From Actinomycetota bacterium (GTDB lineage Bacteria > Actinomycetota > UBA4738 > JACQTL01), in contig DASWED010000125.1 of the NCBI GenBank assembly GCA_036394995.1, forward strand, positions 341 to 64,340: 64,000 nucleotides of DNA, given 5' to 3'. Made by a program: the position numbers and the translations under genes. Shown here piece after piece: positions 27,390 to 36,016 of the stretch. The notes under the pieces were generated by a model that saw nothing but the letters and a program-made list of their open reading frames with translations, was not told where the DNA came from and ran no database searches. Position 1 is the first letter of the stretch. Every line of letters starts with the position of its first letter.

Positions 27390-28127
27390 GTGAGCGACGA
27401 ATCATCATCGGCCCGCGCCCTCGGGACCATCCTCGGGGTGTGGGCGCATCCCGACGACGAGGCGTACCTGACCGCGGGACTCATGGCCACGGCCATTCGC
27501 GAGGGCCGGCGGGTGGCGTGCGTCACGGCCACGCGCGGAGAGGAGGGCTCCTGGGACGAGGAGCGGTGGCCTACCGCGACCCTGGGCAAGGTCCGGGAGG
27601 CCGAGCTGCTCCGTTCCCTGGAGATCCTCGGCGTGACCGAGCACCGGTTCCTGGACTACCACGACGGAGCGTGCGCGGAGGTGGACCCGGAGGAGGCGAT
27701 CGGGAGGGTCGCCGCGATCATGGAGGACGTCCGGCCCGACACGGTGTTCTCGTTCGGACCGGACGGCATGACCGACCACCCCGACCACAAGGCCACGTGC
27801 GCCTGGGCCACCGAGGCCTTCCGGCGCGCCGGGAAGCCCGGCGCCCGCCTGTACCACGCGGTCATGACGCCGGAATGGGCGAAGGAGTTCGTCCCGATGA
27901 TGAACCGGTTCAACGTGTTCATGTCGCCGGACACGCCGCCCGTGGTCGAACATGGCGACCTGGCCATCGACTTCGAGCTGCCGCCCGACCTCCTGGAGCT
28001 GAAGCTCGAGGCCATCGAGGCCCACGTGAGCCAGGTGGACGGGATGATGAACGCGTTCGGCAAGGACTTCTTCCGCCGGGCGCACCGGGCCGAGTTCTTC
28101 CGCCGAGCCGAGGAGCGCCGATGGTGA
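27390..28127 (+). CDS. PIG-L (LmbE/MshB/Mca-like) family deacetylase
   Basis: GTG 27390 after AGGAGAGGAG. ILGVWAHPDDEAYLTAG..TRGEEG..GMTDHPDHKA carries the AHPDDE and HPDH motifs. Confidence 0.85.
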   Translation: MSDESSSARALGTILGVWAHPDDEAYLTAGLMATAIREGRRVACVTATRGEEGSWDEERWPTATLGKVREAELLRSLEILGVTEHRFLDYHDGACAEVDPEEAIGRVAAIMEDVRPDTVFSFGPDGMTDHPDHKATCAWATEAFRRAGKPGARLYHAVMTPEWAKEFVPMMNRFNVFMSPDTPPVVEHGDLAIDFELPPDLLELKLEAIEAHVSQVDGMMNAFGKDFFRRAHRAEFFRRAEERRW

Positions 28128-29662
28128 GCGAGCTCGACGACCGCCCGGGACGAACGGCGCCGGCGCCCCAGGCCCCACCCGCCGTCGACGACCTCGACTG
28201 GGACCCGGAGCGGGCCCGCCGGTTCACCGAGGCCGCGGTGGACCTGTTCGTGGAGTACCTGGAGCGCCTCCCGGACATGCCGGTGGCCCCCCCGGAGGGC
28301 GAGGACGAGGTCCGGGCCGCCATGGCCATCCCCGTGCCCGACCAGCCCATGGCGGACGAGGACGTCCTGGCGTACCTCCGCGAGGTGGCGTTCCGGTGGT
28401 CGATGTATCCGGGGCACCCGCGGTTCCTGGCCTACATCACGGGCGCCGGGACCGTGCCCGGCGTGGCCGCCGACCTCCTGGCCTCCGGGCTGAACCAGAA
28501 CCTGGGCGGCTGGCGCCTGTCGCCGGCCGGCACGGAGATCGAGCTCCATCTGACGCGGTGGTTCGCCCAGCAGTTCGGGCTCCCGTCCGGGGCCGGGGGG
28601 CTGTTCGTGTCCGGGGGGGCCATGGCGAACTTCGTGGCGCTGAAGGTGGCACGGGACCGCATGGCCGGCCTCGCCGTCCGCCAGCAGGGGGTCGCGGCCG
28701 CCGGACCGGCCGCGCTGTACGCCTCCGCCGAGGTCCACGTGGTGACCGACCGGGCCGCCGACATGCTCGGACTGGGAATGGACGCCGTGAGGAAGGTCCC
28801 CGTGGACGGGGGGCTCCGCATGCGGATGGACGCCCTGCGGGAGGCGGTGGCGCGGGACCGGGCCGCGGGGGTCCGGCCGCTGGCCGTTGTGGCGACTGCC
28901 GGGACGGTGGCCACCGGGGCGGTCGATCCGATGGTGGAGATCGCGGACCTCTGCGCGGAGGAGGGGATGTGGATGCACGTGGACGCGGCCTACGGGGGTC
29001 CCGCCGTCCTGGCCGAGGACCTCCGGCCGTTGTTCACGGGGATCGAGCGAGCCCATTCGATCGCGTTCGACCCACACAAGTGGATGTACACGCCGCACTC
29101 CGGCGGGTGCGTCCTGGTCCGGGACCTGTTCTGGTTGGTCGACTCGTTCGGGGCGTCGGCGACCTACGTCTACGAGGACAAGGAGCGCACGAAGCACGGC
29201 CTCGACCTGGGGATGTTCGGGCCGCAGTACAGTCGCGGATTCCAGGCGCTCAAGGTCTGGGTGTCGCTGCTGTCGCACGGCCGGCTGGCCTACGGCCGGC
29301 GCATCTCCCACGACGCCCGGCTGGCCCGGTACCTCGGCGACGTGATCGAGGCTCGCCCGGACTTCGAGCTGGCCTGTCCCGTGGGCCTGTCGATCACGTG
29401 CTTCCGGTACGTGCCGCCCGGCCTCCCCGACGGCCCGGAGCGGGATCCCTACCTGAACCGGCTCAATGAACGGCTCATGACCGAGATCCAGCTGGACGGC
29501 CGGGTGTTCTACTCGAACGCCGTCCTGGACGGACGGTTCGTGCTCAGGTCCTGCCTGGTGAACTTCCGGACCGAGGCGGGGGACATGGACGCCGTGGTGG
29601 AGGTCACGGCCGAGCTGGGGGCCAAGCTCGACCAGGAGCTCAGGCCGGAGTCGCTCCGGTGA
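28121..29662 (+). CDS. Group II pyridoxal-dependent amino-acid decarboxylase
   Basis: The ATG overlaps the PIG-L stop (ATGGTGA). HPRFLAYITGAG..FVSGGAMANFVAL..WMHVDAAYGG..SIAFDPHKWMYTP, with the PLP Lys in DPHKW. Confidence 0.85.
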   Translation: MVSELDDRPGRTAPAPQAPPAVDDLDWDPERARRFTEAAVDLFVEYLERLPDMPVAPPEGEDEVRAAMAIPVPDQPMADEDVLAYLREVAFRWSMYPGHPRFLAYITGAGTVPGVAADLLASGLNQNLGGWRLSPAGTEIELHLTRWFAQQFGLPSGAGGLFVSGGAMANFVALKVARDRMAGLAVRQQGVAAAGPAALYASAEVHVVTDRAADMLGLGMDAVRKVPVDGGLRMRMDALREAVARDRAAGVRPLAVVATAGTVATGAVDPMVEIADLCAEEGMWMHVDAAYGGPAVLAEDLRPLFTGIERAHSIAFDPHKWMYTPHSGGCVLVRDLFWLVDSFGASATYVYEDKERTKHGLDLGMFGPQYSRGFQALKVWVSLLSHGRLAYGRRISHDARLARYLGDVIEARPDFELACPVGLSITCFRYVPPGLPDGPERDPYLNRLNERLMTEIQLDGRVFYSNAVLDGRFVLRSCLVNFRTEAGDMDAVVEVTAELGAKLDQELRPESLR

Positions 29663-30399
29663 GCCTGTTCGCGCTGCTGGGGTCCGGGGAGTTCCTCCCG
29701 TGGACCTCGGAGGTCGACCGGTGGCTCCTGGAGCGGACGAGGGGGGAGCTCGTGCTGGTGCTGCCCACGGCGAGCGCGCCGGAGGGGGAGACCGTGTTCC
29801 GGCGGTGGGGCGACATGGGCGTGGACCACTACACGGAGATGGGCGTGCCGGTGGAGCTCGTCCCGCTGCGGAACCGGGACGACGCCGAGGATCCCGCGCT
29901 CGCCGGGCTGGTGGAGGGCGCCGCGGTGGTGTTCTTCTCCGGCGGGAACCCCGCGTACCTCGCCGCCACGCTGCAGGGCACCGCCTTCTGGACGGCCGTG
30001 CTCGCGGGCCTGGACCGGGGGATGGCCTACGCCGGGTGCAGCGCGGGCATCTCCGCCCTCGGCGACGTGGCGCCGGACAGCACGTCGAACGACCCCACCA
30101 GCGCGAGCTTCTGGCGACCGGGGCTGGCGCAGTTCCCCAAGACCTACTTCGGCCCTCACTGGGACGCGCTCGACGTCTACGTGCCCGGGCTGCGGGCCAA
30201 GGTGGTGGCGTCGGTGCCGTCCGACTGCCGCCTGCTGGCCATCAACGAGGACACCGCGCTGGTCGGCGACGGCACCAAATGGACCGTGATCGGCGCAGGC
30301 CGGGTCGCGCTCCTCGAGAACGGCGGGTGGAGCGAACACCCGAGCGGCACGAGCTTCACGAAGGAGCTGGAGCACCACACGGAGGGTGCCGGCCACTGA
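29659..30399 (+). CDS. Peptidase S51 / cyanophycinase-like (type-1 glutamine-amidotransferase-like fold) protein
   Basis: The GTG overlaps the decarboxylase stop (GTGA). VVFFSGGNPAYL..YAGCSAGISAL, with the Ser nucleophile context G-x-S-A-G. Confidence 0.7.
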   Translation: MSLFALLGSGEFLPWTSEVDRWLLERTRGELVLVLPTASAPEGETVFRRWGDMGVDHYTEMGVPVELVPLRNRDDAEDPALAGLVEGAAVVFFSGGNPAYLAATLQGTAFWTAVLAGLDRGMAYAGCSAGISALGDVAPDSTSNDPTSASFWRPGLAQFPKTYFGPHWDALDVYVPGLRAKVVASVPSDCRLLAINEDTALVGDGTKWTVIGAGRVALLENGGWSEHPSGTSFTKELEHHTEGAGH

Positions 30400-30419
30400 G
30401 ACGATCGGCCCGCGGAGCT

Positions 30420-31439
30420 TCAGATCCAGCGCTTGCGCTTGAAGAACAGCCACAGGGCCGCCCCGGCGCCGAACATGATCAGCACGACGCCGACGAATCC
30501 CCGACTGCCGATGTCCGGATCGGGCCACAGCTTGTAGTTCGTGCCGTACACGCTGGCGATGAGCGTGGGGATCGCGATGATGGCGGCCCACGCGCTGAGC
30601 TTCTTGTTGACCTCGTTCAGCATGTCGGCCTGGACGCTCCGGGTGAGGTCGATCACCGCGGTGGCCAGGTCGTCGACGTTGCGGATCTGCCCGCCGATCC
30701 GGAGCACGTGGTCGTGCACGTCACGGAACAGCAGGTCGGTCCGGTCGTCCCCGTCACCGTCCGCATCGAGCTCAGCCTCGGCCCCGGCCTGGAGGGCCTC
30801 CAGGACGCCGTTCAGCGGCAGGGCGTACCGCCGGAGCATCGAGACCTGCTGCTTGATCGCGTACAGCATCGGCTGGCTGGGGAGGTCCTCGGCGTTGCGC
30901 GCCGCGTTCGACACGCTCCGGCGGGACACCCGCAGGGCCTGCGCCTCCAGGTCCTCGACGTCGATCTCCAGCCGGTCGGCGATTCGTTGGTGGTCGTCCA
31001 CCACGGCGTCCACCAGGGCGTGCAGGGCCCGGTCGACGTCGAGGTCGTCCGGTTCGACCTGCTGGAGGCGCTTGCGGCCGTCCCCGACCAGCCGTCCGGC
31101 TCCGTTGTGCAGGATCAGCAGGAACCTCGGTCCGGCGAAGCAGGCGATCTGCCGGGCCTCCAGCTGGTCGTCCTCCTCGTCGAGCTGGTCCAGGACGACG
31201 AACCGGTGGGACTCGTAGGTCTCGAGCTTGGGCCGCTGCCGCGGGTTCAGCGCGTCCTCCACGGCCAGGGGGTCCAGGTCGAACCGCTCGGCCACCTCCC
31301 GGACCCGCTCGGGATCCTCGTGCGGGAGCTCGACCTCCACCCACGAGAACCCCCCGTCGGTCCGGGACCGGTCCGCGGCCACCACGACGTCGGGACCGTC
31401 GGCCCAGCCGTCGCGAGCCGTATGCGACAGTGCTCGCAT
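30420..31439 (-). CDS. corA: CorA-family divalent cation transporter with a GTN variant of the GMN motif
   Basis: A cytoplasmic acidic domain, then KLSAWAAIIAIPTLIASVYGTNYKLWP and a second TM helix FVGVVLIMFGAGAALWLFFKRKRW. I chose start ATG 31439. Confidence 0.8.
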   Translation of the reverse strand: MRALSHTARDGWADGPDVVVAADRSRTDGGFSWVEVELPHEDPERVREVAERFDLDPLAVEDALNPRQRPKLETYESHRFVVLDQLDEEDDQLEARQIACFAGPRFLLILHNGAGRLVGDGRKRLQQVEPDDLDVDRALHALVDAVVDDHQRIADRLEIDVEDLEAQALRVSRRSVSNAARNAEDLPSQPMLYAIKQQVSMLRRYALPLNGVLEALQAGAEAELDADGDGDDRTDLLFRDVHDHVLRIGGQIRNVDDLATAVIDLTRSVQADMLNEVNKKLSAWAAIIAIPTLIASVYGTNYKLWPDPDIGSRGFVGVVLIMFGAGAALWLFFKRKRWI

Positions 31440-31543
31440 CCCTGACGTTCTACCCATTCGGTGGATGGAGCCACCACGCGTTGACGGTGCTCGCGGGCCG
31501 GACGTACCGTCGCCGCTGCCCCGCGTCGGACGAAGGGACGGGC

Positions 31544-32122
31544 ATGACGGAGCTGTGGGAGTTCCATCGGAGGGCCGGCGAGATGCTGGCCGGGAACGTG
31601 AAGCGGATCCGGGAGGACCAGTGGGGCCTCCCGACGCCCTGCGCGGGCTGGGACGTCCGTGACCTCATGCACCACATCGCGTGGAGCAACCTGTGGGTGG
31701 CGCCGCTCGTAGCCGGCCGGTCCCTGGCGGAGGTCGCGCCGGAGCTGGAGGGGGACGTGCTCGGCGAGGATCCCATCGGGGTGGCGCTCCGTTCGATCGA
31801 CGTGTCCAGCGACGCGTTCGAACGTGGGTACGACCGGACCGTGCAGCTCTCCCGGGGGATGGCCCCGGCCCGCGAGTACTGCGGGGAACGGATGAACGAC
31901 CTGGTGGTGCACAACTGGGACCTGGCCGCGGCCATCGACGGCGACCGCCGCCTGGACGAGGAATGTATGGAGGCCGCGCTCGAGGTGTACCGTCCGTTCG
32001 AGGCGGTGCTCCGCCCGGCCGGCGAGCTGGGCCCCGACGTGGAGGTCCCGGAGGGCGCCGACCTCCAGACCCGCTACCTGGCCTTCTTCGGCCGCCGGGC
32101 CGACTGGACCCAGCCCGGCTGA
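31544..32122 (+). CDS. DinB-fold, mycothiol-dependent maleylpyruvate isomerase-like (TIGR03086-type) protein
   Basis: ATG 31544. VKRIREDQWGLPTPCAGWDVRDLMHHIAWSNLW..MNDLVVHNWDLAAAI. Confidence 0.7.
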   Translation: MTELWEFHRRAGEMLAGNVKRIREDQWGLPTPCAGWDVRDLMHHIAWSNLWVAPLVAGRSLAEVAPELEGDVLGEDPIGVALRSIDVSSDAFERGYDRTVQLSRGMAPAREYCGERMNDLVVHNWDLAAAIDGDRRLDEECMEAALEVYRPFEAVLRPAGELGPDVEVPEGADLQTRYLAFFGRRADWTQPG

Positions 32123-32190
32123 TCCCTGGAGGCGCCCGCCGAGGGCGTCCTCGAGGAGGCCCGCTGAGCTCCACCGGTATCCTCTGAGCC

Positions 32191-32796
32191 ATGCGGAGGC
32201 CCGGCGTCGGCGACCCGGCGCCCGACGTGTCGTTGGTGAACCGGGGCGGCCGGCAGGTCCGGCTCTCGGCGCGGTGGCGGCGGAAGCCGCTGGTCGCGGT
32301 GTTCCTTCGGCACTTCGGGTGAACGTTCTGCCAGGAGCACGTCGTGCAGTTGCGCGACGACCGTGAGGGGTTCGATGCAGCCGGCGCCGGCATCACGCTG
32401 ATCGGCCTGGGCCCCCACACCCGCGCGCAGCTGTTCTGCGACGAACGCCATGTCCCCTTCGAGTGCCTGTCCGATCCGACCCAGGATGCCTACCGGGCAT
32501 TCGGCCTGGAACGGGGGACGAACCGCCAGCTGTTCGGCCCCCAGCTGATCCTGCGATACGCCCGCGCACTGCTCCGGCGTGACGTCGACGCGGCCAAGCT
32601 CTCCGGCGACGACTACCGCCAGATGCCGGGCACCTTCGTCATCGACCGTTCCGGCGTGATCCGCTACGCCCACCGCAACCGCGACGTCGCCGACAACCCC
32701 CCCAACGACGACGTCCTGGCCGCGCTGGCGGAGCTCCGGCGAGGTAGCGGTCGGGCCCGTGCGATACCCTCCGGGCACCAGGAGGACCCGCGATGA
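32191..32796 (+). CDS. Peroxiredoxin-like (AhpC/TSA, PRX_like2-type) protein read through an in-frame TGA at codon 44: candidate selenoprotein (UxxC)
   Basis: ATG 32191: MRRPGVGDPAPDVSLVNRGGRQVRLSARWRRKPLVAVFLRHFG-TGA(32320-32322)-TFCQEHVVQLRDD.. continues in the same frame as track ORF 32344..32796. Homologs carry G/W-C-x-x-C at this position. The conventional call would be the N-terminally truncated 32344..32796 only. Confidence 0.5.
32340..32359 (+). promoter_or_regulatory. SECIS-like hairpin 17 nt downstream of the in-frame TGA
   Basis: CGUCGUGC-AGUU-GCGCGACG: 8 bp including one G-U pair. The apical loop starts 25 nt after the UGA, with G at loop position 2. Confidence 0.35.
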
Positions 32797-33683
32797 CCCT
32801 GAGCGACCAGTGCATCATCACGTGCGCCGTCTCCGGCGCGGTGGCGAACAAGCAGCAGTGCGAGGGCATCCCGTACACGCCGGAGGAGTACGCGAAGGAG
32901 GTCCGCCGCGCGCGGGACGCCGGGGCCTCGATGGTCCACATCCACGCCCGGGAGCCGAACGGCTCCCCGACCGTGCAGCCCGAGCACTACCGGGCCATCA
33001 CGCAGGCCATCCTGGCCGAGACCCCGGACATCATCATCAACTACTCGACCGGCTGGGTGGGCCTCCCCATGGCCGAGCGCGTGGCGCACATCACGGACCT
33101 GAAGCCCGAGATCGGGGCCCTCAACATGGGCTCGATGAACTACGCGAAGTACTCGGAGAAGCGCAAGGGGTTCGTGTTCAACTTCGTGTTCGAGAACCAC
33201 TTCGACGACATCGTGTTCCTGCTCCGGCGGATGAACGAGGCCGGGGTGAAGCCGGAATGCGAGTGCTTCGACGTCGGCCACGTCGAGTCGGTGGCTCCGC
33301 TCGTGGACATGGGGGTCATCCGGGAGCCGGTGCAGTTCTCGCTGATCCACGGCGTGCTGGGCGGCATCCAGGCTACCGCCAGGAACCTGGCCCACATGTC
33401 GAGCGTCGTCCCCGACGGCTCCACGTGGGGGGTCATCGCCGTCTCCCGCGAGCAGTGGATGATGGTCGCCGCCTCGGCGGCCCTCGGGGGCAACGTGCGC
33501 GTGGGCTTCGAGGACAACTTCTACCTCCCGTCGGGGCAGATGGCGTCGTCGAACGGCGACCTGGTGGAGGGGGCGGCCACCATCGTCCGGCTCCAGGGCC
33601 GCGAGGTGGCCGAGCCCGCGGAGGCCCGCCGCCTGCTGTCGCTCCCGGCCGAGCCGGACCGGTCCGCGGTTCTCGGAAGCTGA
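32793..33683 (+). CDS. BKACE family enzyme (DUF849; 3-keto-5-aminohexanoate cleavage enzyme-like)
   Basis: The ATG overlaps the upstream stop (ATGA) after AGGAGGA. IITCAVSGA..TPEEYAKEVRRARDAGASMVHIHAR..PECECFDVGHV..GGNVRVGFEDNFYLP. Confidence 0.85.
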   Translation: MTLSDQCIITCAVSGAVANKQQCEGIPYTPEEYAKEVRRARDAGASMVHIHAREPNGSPTVQPEHYRAITQAILAETPDIIINYSTGWVGLPMAERVAHITDLKPEIGALNMGSMNYAKYSEKRKGFVFNFVFENHFDDIVFLLRRMNEAGVKPECECFDVGHVESVAPLVDMGVIREPVQFSLIHGVLGGIQATARNLAHMSSVVPDGSTWGVIAVSREQWMMVAASAALGGNVRVGFEDNFYLPSGQMASSNGDLVEGAATIVRLQGREVAEPAEARRLLSLPAEPDRSAVLGS

Positions 33684-33691
33684 CCGGGACC

Positions 33692-33904
33692 ATGCCGGAG
33701 GTCCAGGCCGAGATGGTGGCGAACGTCTGGAAGGTCGTGGTGGCGGCGGGGGATAACGTGGCGCCCGGGGACCCTCTGGTGATCCTGGAGTCCATGAAGA
33801 TGGAGATCCCGGTGGAGTCGCCCGTGGCCGGGACCGTCACCGAGGTTCGGGTGCAGGAGGGCGGCGTCGTCCAGGAGGGCGACGTGATCGCCGTGGTGGA
33901 CTGA
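33692..33904 (+). CDS. Stand-alone 70-aa biotin carboxyl carrier protein (TB7.3-like biotinyl domain)
   Basis: MPEVQAEMVANVWKVVVAAGDNVAPGDPLVILESMKMEIPVESPVAGTV..GDVIAVVD, with the biotinyl-Lys motif E-S-M-K-M. Confidence 0.85.
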   Translation: MPEVQAEMVANVWKVVVAAGDNVAPGDPLVILESMKMEIPVESPVAGTVTEVRVQEGGVVQEGDVIAVVD

Positions 33905-33910
33905 CCCGCG

Positions 33911-34717
33911 ATGGAGCAACGGGCGTCGATGATCCGGGTGGAGCGAGGGGGGCCGGTGGTCCGCGTGACCCTCTCGCGGGTCGAACAGCGCAACGCGGTG
34001 TCCACGGAGATGATCGAGGAGCTCATCGAGGCGCTGGGGGGCCTGGCCGCCGACCGTGAGACCCGGGTGGTGGTCCTGGCCGGCGACGGCCCGGACTTCT
34101 GCGCGGGGGCTGACTTCGCCGAGCTCGAGGTGATGCGATCCGGCCCCGGCGAGTTCGATTACGGCCGGAGCTTCGAGGAGCTGCTCCAGGCCATCGCCAA
34201 CCATCCGGTTCCGGTCATCGCGCGGGTTCACGGGGCCGCCCTCGGCGCCGGCTGCCAGATCGCGGTTGCCTGTGACCTCGCCGTGGTGGCCGAGGACGCG
34301 AAGATCGGCATCCCCTCGGCCCGCCTGGGGATCCTGATCAACTTCGAGAACATCCAGCGGCTCGTCCTGGCGGTGGGGCCGAAGCGGGCCGGCGAGATGC
34401 TGTTCACCGGCCGGGCCGTGGACGGGGTTCACGGCGCAGCCTGGGGCCTGGCCAACCTCGCCGTACCCGAGGACCAGCTCGACGAGGCGGTGGAGCGGCT
34501 GGCGCGGACCATCGCGGAGTCGGCCCCCCTGTCGGTGCAGGGCTCCAAGCGCGGCATCGGGGTGGTCCTGCAGAACCTGGCGGTGGACCGGTTCACCGAG
34601 GGGCACCGCGTGGCCGACTTCGACATGATGGCCGCCCAGGCATTCGCCAGCGAGGACCTCCAGGAGGGCATCCGGGCGTTCCGGGAGCGCCGCAAGCCCG
34701 AGTTCGAGGGCCGGTAG
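33911..34717 (+). CDS. Enoyl-CoA hydratase/isomerase (crotonase) family protein
   Basis: VTLSRVEQRNAVS..VVVLAGDGPDFCAGADF..ARVHGAALGAGCQIAVACDLAVVA..EGIRAFRERRKPEF. Confidence 0.85.
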   Translation: MEQRASMIRVERGGPVVRVTLSRVEQRNAVSTEMIEELIEALGGLAADRETRVVVLAGDGPDFCAGADFAELEVMRSGPGEFDYGRSFEELLQAIANHPVPVIARVHGAALGAGCQIAVACDLAVVAEDAKIGIPSARLGILINFENIQRLVLAVGPKRAGEMLFTGRAVDGVHGAAWGLANLAVPEDQLDEAVERLARTIAESAPLSVQGSKRGIGVVLQNLAVDRFTEGHRVADFDMMAAQAFASEDLQEGIRAFRERRKPEFEGR

Positions 34718-34721
34718 CCCT

Positions 34722-35402
34722 ATGGCGCCGGCGCGGAAGCCCAGGGGGCTCACCCGGTCGAGCCCGGCCCGGGAACGGGCACCCGAGATCGTCCGGCGTC
34801 TGTCGGAGGCCTATCCGGACGCCCACGTCGCGCTGAAGTTCACCAACCCCCTGGAGATGCTGGTGGCCACCATCCTGTCGGCGCAGTGCACCGACGAGCG
34901 GGTGAACATGGTGACCCAGGGCCCCAAGGGGCTGTTCGCCAAGTACCGGAAGCCGAACGACTACCTGCGGGTCCCGGACTCGGAGCTGGCCGCGGACATC
35001 CGCCCGACCGGGTTCTTCAACAACAAGACGAAGTCGATCCGGGGGGCGGCCCTGATGATCGTGGAGGAGTTCGGCGGCCGCGTGCCGGACACCATGGAGG
35101 AGATCCTGCGGCTCCCCGGCGTGGCCCGGAAGACCGGGAACATCGTGCTGGGGAACTCGTTCGGGGTCGTCGAGGGGATCGCCGTGGACACGCACGTCCG
35201 GCGGGTGTCGCAGCGGCTGGGGTTCACCGAGGAGCAGGACCCCGACAAGATCGAACGGGACCTCATGGCGCTGATCCCCCGGGAGCGCTGGTTCGACTTC
35301 ACCTACGTGCTCATCGACCACGGCCGCGCCGTGTGCAAGTCGGGCACGCCGCGATGCGAGGAGTGCGCGGTGAGCGACCTCTGCCCGTCCAGCCGCGTGT
35401 AG
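34722..35402 (+). CDS. nth: Endonuclease III (DNA glycosylase/AP lyase)
   Basis: LVATILSAQCTDERVN..LPGVARKTGNIVLG..AVDTHVRRV, with the 4Fe-4S ligands C-x6-C-x2-C-x5-C in CKSGTPRCEECAVSDLC. Confidence 0.9.
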   Translation: MAPARKPRGLTRSSPARERAPEIVRRLSEAYPDAHVALKFTNPLEMLVATILSAQCTDERVNMVTQGPKGLFAKYRKPNDYLRVPDSELAADIRPTGFFNNKTKSIRGAALMIVEEFGGRVPDTMEEILRLPGVARKTGNIVLGNSFGVVEGIAVDTHVRRVSQRLGFTEEQDPDKIERDLMALIPRERWFDFTYVLIDHGRAVCKSGTPRCEECAVSDLCPSSRV

Positions 35403-35405
35403 GGC

Positions 35406-35906
35406 TCAGCCCTTCGTGGGGGCCGTGGTCGGGCTGTCCGGCAGGACGACCGGGAGGGCGATCGCATGCTCCTGGACCACGCGGGCCCGACGGCCCTCGG
35501 GGCCGGCGTCGATCTCGAACCACACCAGGCTGCCACCCTGGCGGACCACGCCCCACCGGTCGGCCAGCCGGTCCACGATGTAGAGGCCCCAGCCGCCCGG
35601 CTCCGCGGGGTCGTGGACCCGGACGGCCGACGGCTCGAAGCCGGAACCCTGGTCCACGACCTCCAGCCGGACCGACGACCTCGTCGCCCGGATCCGGAGA
35701 TCGATCGCCTCCCCGGGCGCCTGCCCCGAGTGGCGCACGACGTTGGTGACCACCTCGCTCACCAGCAGCACGAGGTCGTCGAGGACGTCCGTGGACACGT
35801 GGTCGTGGAAGGCCGAAACCAGCGTCCGGGCGTAGGCGGGCGCCCTCGGCCCGGTGGGGACCTGGAGATCCAGCTCGATCGGGTGATCGCGACCCTCGGT
35901 CTTCAC
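35406..35906 (-). CDS. RsbW/SpoIIAB-like HATPase anti-sigma regulatory factor (Ser kinase)
   Basis: GTG 35906 after AGGAGGGGG. LLVSEVVTNVVRHS..LEVVDQGSGF..GGWGLYIVDRLADRWGV. Confidence 0.7.
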   Translation of the reverse strand: MKTEGRDHPIELDLQVPTGPRAPAYARTLVSAFHDHVSTDVLDDLVLLVSEVVTNVVRHSGQAPGEAIDLRIRATRSSVRLEVVDQGSGFEPSAVRVHDPAEPGGWGLYIVDRLADRWGVVRQGGSLVWFEIDAGPEGRRARVVQEHAIALPVVLPDSPTTAPTKG

Positions 35907-36016
35907 CGTCCCCCTCCTGTGTACGCACACCATGCCCACTGGAAGGGGGTTGTACGCGCACCGCGGACGGAAATCCGGCGGAACGTGGTCGCTCGGGCGG
36001 ACCGGGTGACCACCGT

